Origin: the human T2T-CHM13v2.0 reference genome, Homo sapiens
DNA: 64,000 bases
Reading direction: 5' to 3' (one strand)
Assembly: GCF_009914755.1 (NCBI RefSeq)
Contig: NC_060940.1
Notes under the pieces: generated by a model
What the model saw: only the letters and a program-made list of their open reading frames with translations
Database searches by the model: none
What the model was told of the DNA's origin: nothing
Part shown: piece after piece, positions 53,251-64,000 of the stretch
How positions within the stretch are numbered: position 1 is the first letter of the stretch
How the letters are laid out: each line of letters starts with the position of its first letter
Program-made: the position numbers and the translations under genes

Positions 53251-55279
53251 TAAAATGGCTCCTTCTCCCTCATTCTAATTCTATTCATCCTTCCTCATTC
53301 TAAATCTATTTATCTTTAAAGGAGCAATTCAAATGACATCTTCTCTAAGAAGTCTTCCCTAGCCACCCATCTTTACTTCTTTCTCTTTTTCTGAACAATT
53401 TCATCTGTTTATTGCCTATTTGATTTTTTAAATGAGTTTCAACCCTAAGTACAATATTCCAATTAGGGGCCATGTTTTATTTTTTTTTTTTTATTCACCT
53501 CAAAACCTGAAACAAAGCTTAAAACACAGTAGGTACTTCCTAATTTATTATGTGACATTTCTCAAAAAACTGAACTGGAGATGCTTATTATGCATAGAGT
53601 TCTTGGGAAGGGGTCAAGATGCTATTGAACTTTGAAAATATCATGTTGTGAGTTTCTGTCATTTGTCTCCTATGACCCAAGAGGACATATCTATTATTTG
53701 GGTCTCTGAGGGAGGTCTCTCAAACCAGAATCCCTCAAACCCAACTGACTTCTACATACTTTGAAAAAACAAAGAAAATAAATGAAAGCCAAAATATCAC
53801 TCATAAATTAATACAGACCAGCATGGAAGATGACCCATCAGGAATGATGGTCATGTGAGCTTACTAATACTGAATCCCCAAATTAGGAAGACTTAATTTC
53901 CTAGTGTTGGCAGCACTGAACCAGGGACGCTTCACCTCCCCACTTCTTCTAGGGTAGAAGGAGAAGCAGAGAAATTATGCTCCCTGTGGACAGCTCACTT
54001 CCAAGATAAATAAAGTCAGAACGGAGCCAACTATACCCGGTTGTTCCATTAACAATTACAATCAAATGTCATTCCACCTCCCCAAGCAAAGGATAGAGAG
54101 GGTAAGACCATAAGTGCCATACCTAAGGAGTTCCCTCTGCCTTGAAGGAAACATCAAGAGTAGAGAAGAAGCATTCCCATCTCTCAACACATACTCCCAG
54201 CCACTTGCTCTAGTCATACCTTAGAGGCATGCGACTGATGGGTGCCAATGGTCTCCTCTTATGTTCCCAGTGATAAAAAAAGAAGCCACAAAGAGATTGT
54301 GAGGAAATGATCTAAGAGACTGGGTAATATCACCTAGGAGAAGTAGACATGGTGTTACTTTATAAAAAAAAAAAAATCTCTTTTTTCATTCTTTCAGTCC
54401 TGACCTTTTCTTATCCAAAGTTTCTTTCTAAATCTTTTTTTTTTTTCTCATGTTTTTGGGACTATGCTGAAGTGGAATTTTATGCTTCAAGAAGAGAGTT
54501 GATGATTCATGGAAAGTGTAATTGACAAAGAGTTGGCATGTTTTTCACTCTTCTTTTTTCTGCATCAACTGAATAAGATTAGTGTCTTACATGGATTATT
54601 TTTTCAATAATAGGGAAGGCTATGTTGGCAACAAAAATTGCAAAACAGCAACATCATAGGCTTGCCTAACCATCCAGTGGAAGAGAATTTTCAACTTGAA
54701 AAACACTCTTGGTCTAGCAATCCAAGGACCTGAGTAACAATTACGACTGAAATCATTAAGCATCCATGTTTTCTCCTATGGAGAAATTGGATCCTCTAGG
54801 GTTCTTAGAGGGAAAAGCAGAAACATTAGGGGAAGACCTTACATAATAACCTTTCTGTAAAGCTTGGATGGCACAAATGATTTTGTAAGACATTCAAGTC
54901 ACATGTCATTAATCAGAAATGACAGTCTTTATTCACATATATTTGACTGAGCTGCATAATTTTAGACTCCAATAGGTCTAGATAAATGACCCTAAGTATT
55001 GTACTATTTCAAATTGACAATGATTGATGATAGAGGAAAAAAACGAATGCTGAAAAGGGACCCTGAAGTAAACATTGAAAATCAGTTGTACTACTTTGGG
55101 GAAAAGAAATTTGGGAATTTTCTTCTTCAAGACCTTTCCTCTTTCTTAACATCTCTATCTACTTAACTCTCAGTTTAATCAGTTAGATATTGTCAGGATT
55201 TCAAACCACAATGAAAAACAGACTCATTTAGTTATTTTTGTTCAAATAGGTAGAAGAGAAGATAATGATTAATAAAAAT

Positions 55280-56100
55280 GTGTCTATTCTGTAAATATTT
55301 CCTGAACCTTTTATACATCCGGCACTGTTCTAGGCACTAGGGCTTCAGCAGATACAGTTTTTGCTTTCTAGGAATGCTCATCTTAGTGGAAAGGGATAGG
55401 CAATATCCAAGTGAACAAATAAATAAATGAGATTATTTCAGAGAGCTCTATGTTGTATAAAGAAAATAAAACAGGATGATTTAATAGAAAGTGATGGCGA
55501 TGGAGATTTCATTTGGAAGGTCAAGAAAGAACTTGCTGGCCAGGTGCAGTGGCTCACACCTGTAATCCCAGCACTTTGGGAGGCCAAGGTTGAACCCAGG
55601 AGTTCAAGACCACCCTGGGCAATGTGGCAAAACACTGTCTCTACAAAAATTAATCTACAAAAATTAACCAGGCATGGTGACATGTGTTCGTAGTCCCAGC
55701 TACTAGGGACGCTTAGGTGGGATGATCACCTGAGTCCAGGAGTTTGAGGCTGCAGTGAACCGTGATCAAGCCACTGCACCCTAGCTTGGGCAACAGAGTG
55801 AGACCCTGTCTCAAAAAAAAAAAAAAATTAAAAAAAGAGAGAAAGGCCTTGATAAATAGATGACATTTTAGCTGAATAGAAGCCAGTTTTTCAAAGAACA
55901 TATTATGCAGTGAGAGCAGCAAATGCAATGGCCCTGAGGCAGGGACAGGTTGGTCCATGGAAAGAAGAGACAGGAGGCAAGCACTCCCCTTTTCCCGTAA
56001 GAAGGGAGAGGTAGTAAGCCAGGACAGAGAGACCGTCAGGGCCAGATTATATAAGGCCTTTTAGGTAGTTTTAAGGAGTTCAAATGTTGGGCTACATGAG
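55280..56100 (-). mobile_element. L2 hosting an AluJ
   Basis: ggcactgttctaggcactagg...caaatgcaatggccctgaggcaggg...ggccagattatataaggcctt. Confidence 0.7.
55538..55836 (+). mobile_element. AluJ with a short left-arm deletion
   Basis: ggccaggtgcagtggctcacacc...gaggccaagg|ttgaacccaggagttc...gagaccctgtctc then poly(A). Confidence 0.93.
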
Positions 56101-56874
56101 GTTTTAATAAAGCAGAAGGAAACCTCAGTTTCACCAAAACAAGACCTATAATTTCTTAAACCCTCCTGAGCAAAGCATTGTGTCTCATATAATACATTTC
56201 ATTATACAACCTCCTTGCAAAAAAGTTATTGTGTTTTAAAGATAGGGAAACAACAAGCTCTTATCAAGGTTGCAGAGCTAGTAAGTAATAAAGCCCAGAT
56301 TCAGATTCAAACCTCAGGCCATCTATTTCCAAAGTAAAATACTGCCCACTACCCCCTCATCATATTTTCTTATTTTCTCAAAATATTAAAGGAACAAACA
56401 CACAATTATATCATATTCTTGGCCCCAATGAAGACATGATAATGTTTACTAGTAGTGCATAATAAAATAATTCATAAGTTCTATGTCAAATGTTTATGTG
56501 CATTTTGATCCTTTTTAAAATTTTCTTAATAATTGTGTGAGGCTATTTCTTGCTAATTCTCCCTGGTGAAAAGCTTTCCTTAGAAATAGCTTTCTGAGTA
56601 GGAGCCCGTGATGGGCAGGTGTTATGCAATGGCTATTGATTCAGTCATTCAAAGATTCATAGAGTGGACACTATGGTTCTAGATATGAGGGATACAATAG
56701 TGAATAGAACAGCAAAAACATATCTCTCCTCATGAAGCTACATTCTAACAGAGGAAACATCTATGTGTCATAATAAAACCAAAACTGCTTTTCCACCAAT
56801 GATTCCCACAGTACTGGTGTTCCGCCTTTCTTTTCTTTGCTTTGCTTTTGTTTTAAGAAAATAAAACTCATTCT

Positions 56875-57733
56875 TATTTTTTTGTTAGTATACTTTAAGT
56901 TCTGGGGTACATGTGCAGAACATGCAGTTTTGTTACATAGGTATACACGTGCCATGGTGGTTTGCTGCACCCACCAACCCATCATCTACATTAGGTATTT
57001 CTCCTAATGCTTTCCCTCCCCTAGCCCCCCCATCCCCCGACTGGCCCTGTGTGTGATGTTCCCCTCCCTGTGTCTATGTGTTCTCATTGTTCAGCTCCCA
57101 CTTATGAGTGAGAACATGTGGTGTTTGGTTTTCTGTTCTTGTGTTAGTTTGCTGAGAATGATGGTTTCCAGCTTCATCCATGTCCCTGCAAAGGACATGT
57201 GCTAATCCTTTTTTATGGCTGCATGGTATTCCATGGTGTATATGTGCCATATTGTATTTATCCAGTCTATCATTGATAGGCAATTGGGTTGGTTCCAAGT
57301 CTTTGCTATTGCAAATAGTGCCGCAATAAACCTAAGTGTGCATGTGTCTTTATAATAGAATGATTTCTAATCCTTTGGGTATATACCCAGTAATGGGATT
57401 GCTGCGTCAAATGGTATTTCTGGTTCTAGATCCTTGAGGAATCGCCACACTGTCTTCCACAATGGTTGAACTAATTTACACTCCCACCAATAGTGTAAAA
57501 GTGTTCCTGTTTCCCCACATCCTCTCCAGCATCTGTTGTTTCCTGACATTTTAATGATCACCATTCTAACTGGTGTGAGATGGTATCTCATTGTGGTTTT
57601 GATTTTCATTTCTCTAATGACCAGTGATGATGAGCTTTTTTTCATATGCCTGTTGTCTGCATAAATGTTTTCTTTTGAGAAGTGTCTGTTCATATCCTTT
57701 GCCCACTTTTTGATGGGGTTGTTTGTTTTTTTT
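56875..57733 (-). mobile_element. L1PA (PA7/8-like) 3' end
   Basis: atactttaagttctggggtacatgtgcag 3' UTR; ORF 57367-57810 is the L1 ORF2 C-terminus ([13 protein letters not shown]...[14 protein letters not shown]). Confidence 0.95.
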
Positions 57734-57899
57734 CTCATAACTATCACTTCTCTGAAAAAATATTTATCTGCTAAACATCCTGGGCTGAAAACAAAACAAA
57801 ACAAAAACAAAAAACTACAACAATATCAAAAATCCTTACCTGATAATGGCAGAGTATTCATTAAAAAGTAACAAATTTGATTTACCAATTTTCTAATAT

Positions 57900-58426
57900 T
57901 GTTACCAAGCAAAACAGGCTCACTGCCTGATGCTCTAGAAGCCAATACAATGACACTGGGTTTTTGAGAAAAGAAAAGGTTTTTATTGAAGGTCAACCAA
58001 AAAGGAGACAGGAGTCCAGCTCAAATCTGTCTCCTGGTGCCACCTTCAAGGCAGTATTTTTATTAGAAAATGTTCAAGGGTGGATTCTGGCTTTAGTACA
58101 TGATTGGGGGAGGGAAAGAGGAGGTCTGGAGAGTCCTCAAGCATGTACTGTTATCTCTTCATGCCTCTTCATGAGTCACACATGCAATTTCAGGAGAAGA
58201 TAGTATGAACCATGTGGCGGGAATTTGGACTGTGATGTCAGCAAGTTCATTCTGCATAGACTGTAGTCAGCCATATTGGTTCCAATCAATTTCAGCCAGT
58301 TTTGTTATCCTACAAGCAGAGGGAGTTCCAGCATTTCAGCAAGTAGTTGTTTTTTTAATCTGTCATCCTACAAACTCAAGAATCTGTTAGGCATTTATTT
58401 CTTTAACTCTTTGGAGTACAATTTCA
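57900..58426 (-). mobile_element. ERV1 (MER4-group) solo LTR
   Basis: TG...CA ends (tgttacc...tttca); tttatt at ~57983 (AATAAA on minus); near-match 4 bp flanks atat / atgt. Confidence 0.75.
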
Positions 58427-58799
58427 ATGTCAATTATAAATTAACATTTTTAAAGCGCATATGGCTAAAAGTGCTACAAAAAAGCTACAGAAAAATGAAT
58501 AATACATAGTCCTTGCCTTCTATGAGCTTACAAATCCACCAAGAATTGGAAAGAACAAATAAAAAACTGAAAAGATCAAAGACAAGGTGAATATTGGAGT
58601 TTCCAGTGCCAAGATTCCAAATCAGAACACTGGAATTATTTCATATAGGAGCTATGTTTAAATCTCACTAGGTGGCATAGTCAAATACAGAGAGTATTAC
58701 CTGGATCGCATGGCATTAGAAGAGTAGGGTCAATAAAGGAAACAGAAGTCAGGTAAGATAGAGAGATGTGGTCTTAAATTATCTACTATGAGCACCATT

Positions 58800-60340
58800 G
58801 ATAGGGATTCTCTTAGTTTTTATTGGGCCTACAAATATCTTTGTTTTTCTTCCTTTTTGAAGGGTATTTTCTCTTGATAGAGAATCCTAGGTTAATGGCA
58901 AAGTTTTTGTTTGTTTGTTGGCATTTTAAAGATGTCATTCTATTGTCTTCTGGCCAGCATTGTTTCTGATGAGAAGTCAGCATTCATTCTTACCTTGGAT
59001 CCCCTATATACAATGTATACTTTTTTCTCTTGCTGCTTTTAAGATTTTTCCTTTATCACTGGTTTTCAGCAATTTGCCTTGTTGTACCTTGATGCAGTTT
59101 TCTTTGCATTTATCCTGGTTTTGGTTTGTTGAATTTGTTGGATCTGTAAATTTCAAGTTGTTATCAAATTTGAAATTTTGTGGGCATCATTTCTTAAAAC
59201 ATTTTTTCCTGTTCCTTTCCCTTTTCTGGGATTTCAGTGACACATATTAGGACTTTGTATATTGCCTCATAGGTCAATGAGGCTTTCTTATTTTTATTTT
59301 TATTCTTTTTTCTCTGTTTCAGTTTGGTTTGTTTCTATTGCTGTATCTTCAAGTTCACTAATATTTTTCATCAGTGTCTAACTAAGCCAACCCATTGAAT
59401 TTTTTATTTTCAATATTGTATTTTTTCATTTCAATATGTTTTATTCTTTTTTATATCTTTCATTTCCCTCTTCAACTGCATGCATATTTTTATCTAAATT
59501 TTTGAGCCTATATATAAGACCTGTTTTAAAGTCTTGTCTGCTATTTCCATCTTCTCTGTCACTTCTGAGTCTATTTCTATTGATTGATTTCTTGTAGTTA
59601 TGGGTCACATTCCCCTTTTTCTTATCATTTCTATTATTTTGTAATAGTATTCCAGAAATTATCAATGTTACAATATTGAGTTTCTAGATTTTGATTGTCT
59701 TCGAAGAGTGTTGAATTTTGTTTTATTAGGAAGTTTCATGTAGATTTGCTTGTTCCTTTCGAGATTTGTTTGTAAATTTTGTTACAGAGAGTATAGAGTA
59801 GGTTTAACTCGAGGGCTACATCCCACTTCTAAGCTATGGCCCTCTGGGCTTTCTACTGAGTGTAAATATTCAACGAATTTTTCCCGTGTGGTATGGGAAA
59901 AGTTGAATGTCTCCCAGTCCAGTGTGAGATCTAGGAATTGTTCAGCTTCAGTAGTTTTTCTGGGCTAATCTCATGAAGTTTCTTACTGTGTACATGCATT
60001 TTAGTATTTAACCAAAAGGCTCAAGAACTCCTATGAAAATTTTGAGAGCTCTTTCTAAGCATACCTCCTCTTCTTCTGTACTCTGGCCCACAAATTCCAG
60101 CTGCCTAGGCCTCCCCAGTCTCCTTATCCTGAACTCAGGGGGTCTGATTTGCTTTCAATGGGCTTTCCCAATTTATTGGAATCCATAAAACGTCTCAAGC
60201 AGAAAGTTTTGGTGATCATTAGTCTCACCTCATTGGTCTCGCTTCTTTCAGAACTCACAATCCAGTGCATTTATTGCCCAGTGTCTGAAACCACGGTTAG
60301 ATAGCAATTACTTCCTCATGGTCAGAGGTGGAAGTCCAGC
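58800..60340 (-). mobile_element. Ancient L1M 5'/ORF1 region
   Basis: cattgtttctgatgagaagtcagc...gctgcttttaagattttt...tcttcaagttcactaat. Confidence 0.8.
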
Positions 60341-61049
60341 ACCATTAATATGAGAGAGCAGTTTGAAACACAGGATAAATAATATTTCACAGAGAAAAAG
60401 ATAGGTAAGAGGATCTCTATGGGAAGTAGTACAGAATTCTAGTAAAGGAAATAATTTTTAATGTCTGACAGATCTTCATTCAAATGCTAGATTTGCAATG
60501 TGAATGGGTAAAGGGAGGATTAAATGAGATAATGCATGCTAAATCCATAGTATAATACTATCACAGAGAAAAACCCAATCAATATTGTGAGAAATAATAA
60601 TGGAAAGAATAACTGGGTAATATCTGAAGAATTCAGAGTCTTATGGAATGCCTCAAATAGTGAGGAAATAAAGAATTTTACATGCACACAAAAGAAGAAA
60701 TTAGTATGACATATAAATGAGAGATGACTTTAAAATCTTTTTTAACCAGATCAGTTTTCCCACATATTGCCTCTGATCCTGTTACTCACACTAGTGAAAT
60801 ATTAGTAACATGATGTTTCAATGATTAGGAAAATAAGAAAACAAGCAAAGAAAACAGCTTCCTAAAGAATAAGCAACTGGAGATCAAGAGTCATCTCTTG
60901 TTCATGTGGCATAATTTCCAATTTAAAGCTGGGACCCTATAAATAGCATTTAATATAAAAAGTACACACTAAAATCTTTCATTTGTGCATGCATTCACTC
61001 AGTGAGTGTTTAATAAGCATCTTCTCTAGCCTACAACTACAGACTGCAT

Positions 61050-61475
61050 ATGAATAGGCATTCTAATCCCCCTTCACTCTTGTCCAGTCCCATGACAGAA
61101 GCTATTATACAAATGTCTCATCCCTACTGTAGCAAGTTCCCTGGCATCTGGGTGTGGTCATGTGATAAAGATCTGATATGAGAGAAAATTAATTTTCCCT
61201 TCTTCCTTTGGATATTCTCATGTAAGAACTTGATACTTAGAGTACAGACTCCATCTTGCAAATCTGAAGTGACAACTTTGAGTATGCAAAACCAAGAAAC
61301 TATAGATAGCAGGATGGATGAACAGAAAGAGCTAGAGGTCTATGTATACCATTAAACAACCAAGCCATCCATGAATCACTGACCTCCAGAGCTCTTGTTA
61401 TGTGAGAAAAGTAAATGTCTTCAGCTGTTAATCCAGTGTTAACTAGGATTTTCTTTTATTTCAGCTAAAATCATC
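61050..61475 (+). mobile_element. MLT1J/I-like LTR
   Basis: tggtcatgtga...ccatcttgca...acctccaga...cttgttatgtgagaaaa. Confidence 0.65.
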
Positions 61476-61730
61476 CACATACCATCGAGACTACCAAGAT
61501 GTCAAGTCAGTCAGATACTTTCTTGGGGGCCTTGAAACAGGAAGCTAAGGAATGCAGGCAAATAGCAATAAAGTTTAAATACAGATTTTCAGTAAAATAC
61601 AGGTTTTTAGGTAAAAAACAAAATGTCCTTCTGGGTCAGTCTTGCAAATCTTAGTGGAATACATAGGATTTAAACTAGAATTCTTGTTGAACCTCTAATA
61701 TAATTCATGCAAGGTAGAAATAAGAAGTGC

Positions 61731-62178
61731 AGTACTATTCACAATAGCAAAGACTTGGAACCAACACAAATGTCCAACAATGATAGACTGGATTAAGAAA
61801 ATGTGGCACATATACACCATGGAATACTACGCAGCCATAGAAAATGATGAGTTCATGTCCTTTGTAGGGACATGGATGAAGCTGGAAACCATCATTCTCA
61901 GCAAACTATCGCAAGGACAAAAAACCAAACACGGCATGTTCTCACTCATAGGTGGGAATTGAACAATGAGAACACATGGACACAGGAAGGGGAACATCAC
62001 ACACTGGGGCCTGTTGTGGGGTGGGGGGAGGGGGAAGGGATAGCATTAGGAGATATACCTGATGTTAAATGAAGAGTTAATGGGTGCAGCACACCAACAT
62101 GGCACGTGTATACATATGTAACAAACCTGCACGTTGTGCACATGGACCCTAAAACTTAAAGTATAATAATAAAAACAA
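61731..62178 (+). mobile_element. L1PA (PA4/5-like), 5'-truncated 3' end
   Basis: ctattcacaatagcaaagacttggaacc...cctaaaacttaaagtataataataaaaa; TSD aagaagtgc at 61722-61730 and 62179-62187. Confidence 0.95.
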
Positions 62179-63297
62179 AAGAAGTGCCACAAAGAAGTGC
62201 AAATAATTATGTGTAAAGTTGGAGAAGGGAAAACGGTATACTTGGCACTTTTCAAGGCACTATGTATCACAGAAAAAGAAAAATGTTCACTAATCTCAGG
62301 CAACTTTAAGCCCATACTGGCAGTTTATCAATGCCAGTACATTTGAAGAAAGAAAGATTAAAACATGTCAATTTTCAGAGTAAGACTATAAAGGGTTTAT
62401 TCCCTTGAAGGTGAGATCTGAGAAGTCAGTTTAACAGTTCAAACTGGGCAGTTTCTGGGAAAGCTTTATTGAGCTCTCAGCCAGTGGTCTCCTGCTTGCA
62501 GCCTTGGTCTATGGCACCTCAGTGAACTTCTCTACCATCCAGTGGGGTAGAACCACCTACTCTGCATCAGGTGTGAATCTCTTCCTATATTCTTTCTAGT
62601 TCTCTTTATTCCTCATTAACCAGTCCCCTGACACTCATTAATAACCATTTTGTATTAAACCTTTCCAGTTCAGATGACGTTATAGCTTCTGTCTCTTCAC
62701 TGGACCCTGACTGATACCCATGCCATTTTATGTCCACATCCCCCCACATCCTGCCCACTCTGTTACATTGTTTCTTAGTTTAATAAATGCTCCAAGAGGC
62801 ATTAGGTTAATTTTGTTTAACTGAGAGTTTCCTAGGTTTGCTGGACCACAAGACATTTTTATAGCTAACCACCTGTTATTCGAGTACCTTAAAGTACACT
62901 GGTATTTAATGGATCAGTTTGGGAAATGTTGCTTAGGGGACTCATGGCTAATCTAATTGTTTCCTAAGAAGGTGAAAAGTGCTTGCAGCCTCCAAAGGCA
63001 CTAATTTTGATTCACTACATTATTGAATATCTACAGTGTTCAGGACACAGCATCACCAGAAAGCTTATAATAAATGGAAATGTGAATGTCAAAAAATGTC
63101 ATGGGGAATTTTAGGATGCTGTGGAAAAAGAAAGGAGTGAGAAATTCAATTTATTAGGGGAAGTACTAGGGAAAACTTTCTGGAAGCAAGGACATGTGAA
63201 TTCAATCTTCGAAAATAAGCAGATTTTGATGGAGATGCATATAATGGAGTGGGCCAGGGTAGGAAAAATAGGCAGGTAGGGTAGGAGGCAAAGACCT

Positions 63298-63800
63298 GTG
63301 GTTATTAGGACTCCCATGCTACCACTGACAAAAATCCAACTTAATGACTTAAGCAGAAAAAGGAATTTATTGGCATGAATAATTAAGAAGTCCAATTCAT
63401 GCTGCAGGCACAGCTGGATCCAGAGACTTAAATCATGTCACCAGACTCAGGTTTACTCTTTGATTTCCTGGTTTCACTTTTCTCAATTGGACACCATTTC
63501 CACTCATGGAGTGTCTCTCCTAGAGTTAGTTGTTATGTTTGATTCTGAGCAACCTTAGAAAAATTAAGGATTATCTTTTTCCTAAGCGATCTAGAAAAAA
63601 AAAAACTCACAGAATTCAGTTCAATAGACTGTGACTGAGTCACATGTCCATCTGTAAGCCTATTCTTGTGAGTAATAAGACGTGATGCTCTCAGTGGCCA
63701 GGCCTGGTTCACACATCTATCCTTGGGCCAAAAATGGAGTCAGCAACATCCATGCCACATAAATGAAGGAACACCAGGAGGCAGTTACCAAAAGAAGAAT
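63298..63800 (-). mobile_element. MLT1K/J-like LTR
   Basis: cttaagcagaaaaaggaatttattggc...caggcacagctggatccagagact...tggccaggcctgg. Confidence 0.7.
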
Positions 63801-64000
63801 GGCTACCAGACAAGCAAAAAGAAAAAGAAAAAGGAGAGCTTATACTTCCATGGGGAAAGAGTAGAAGATGGAATTTTATGATGCTAAACTTGATGCTGAA
63901 AAGAATGACCCAAAGAATTCAGGTTGATCAGGTTTGTAAGTGAAATCATTTGATACTTGAAAAATAGAAAAGTCTTGCCTAACTCTAAGGCACACACATT

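Noticed and set aside
57367-57810. 147 aa ORF
   Set aside because: It is the C-terminal fragment of L1 ORF2 in a 5'-truncated element.

Overview
This is a 64 kb window of repeat-rich, AT-rich primate genomic DNA. It is very probably human, because it contains an AluYa5 with all five diagnostic positions. I find no credible protein-coding exon, RNA gene or CpG-island promoter. The ORF track is explained by chance, simple repeats and decayed retroelement ORFs (ERVL integrase, L1 ORF2). The first 6.6 kb is a nested ERVL/MaLR fossil. The rest is a mosaic of Alu, L1, L2, MIR, LTR and DNA-transposon fragments, separated by several repeat-free, motif-dense blocks that look like non-coding regulatory elements. 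The most notable items are: (1) a chimeric ERVL-MLT2/MaLR insertion in which one LTR sits between an ERVL 3' end and a full MaLR internal region; (2) a ~340 bp diverged direct duplication of apparently unique sequence (46944-47295 and 48511-48849) with transcription-factor motifs kept in both copies; (3) a CpG-retaining AT-rich element at ~19.0-19.3 kb beside a perfect 21 bp tandem duplication; (4) a young AluYa5 forming a close inverted pair with an AluY. Repeat subfamily names come from my recall of consensus sequences and need RepeatMasker/Dfam confirmation, and boundaries of old repeats are approximate. I cannot support a wholly new biological system here; the findings are hypotheses.
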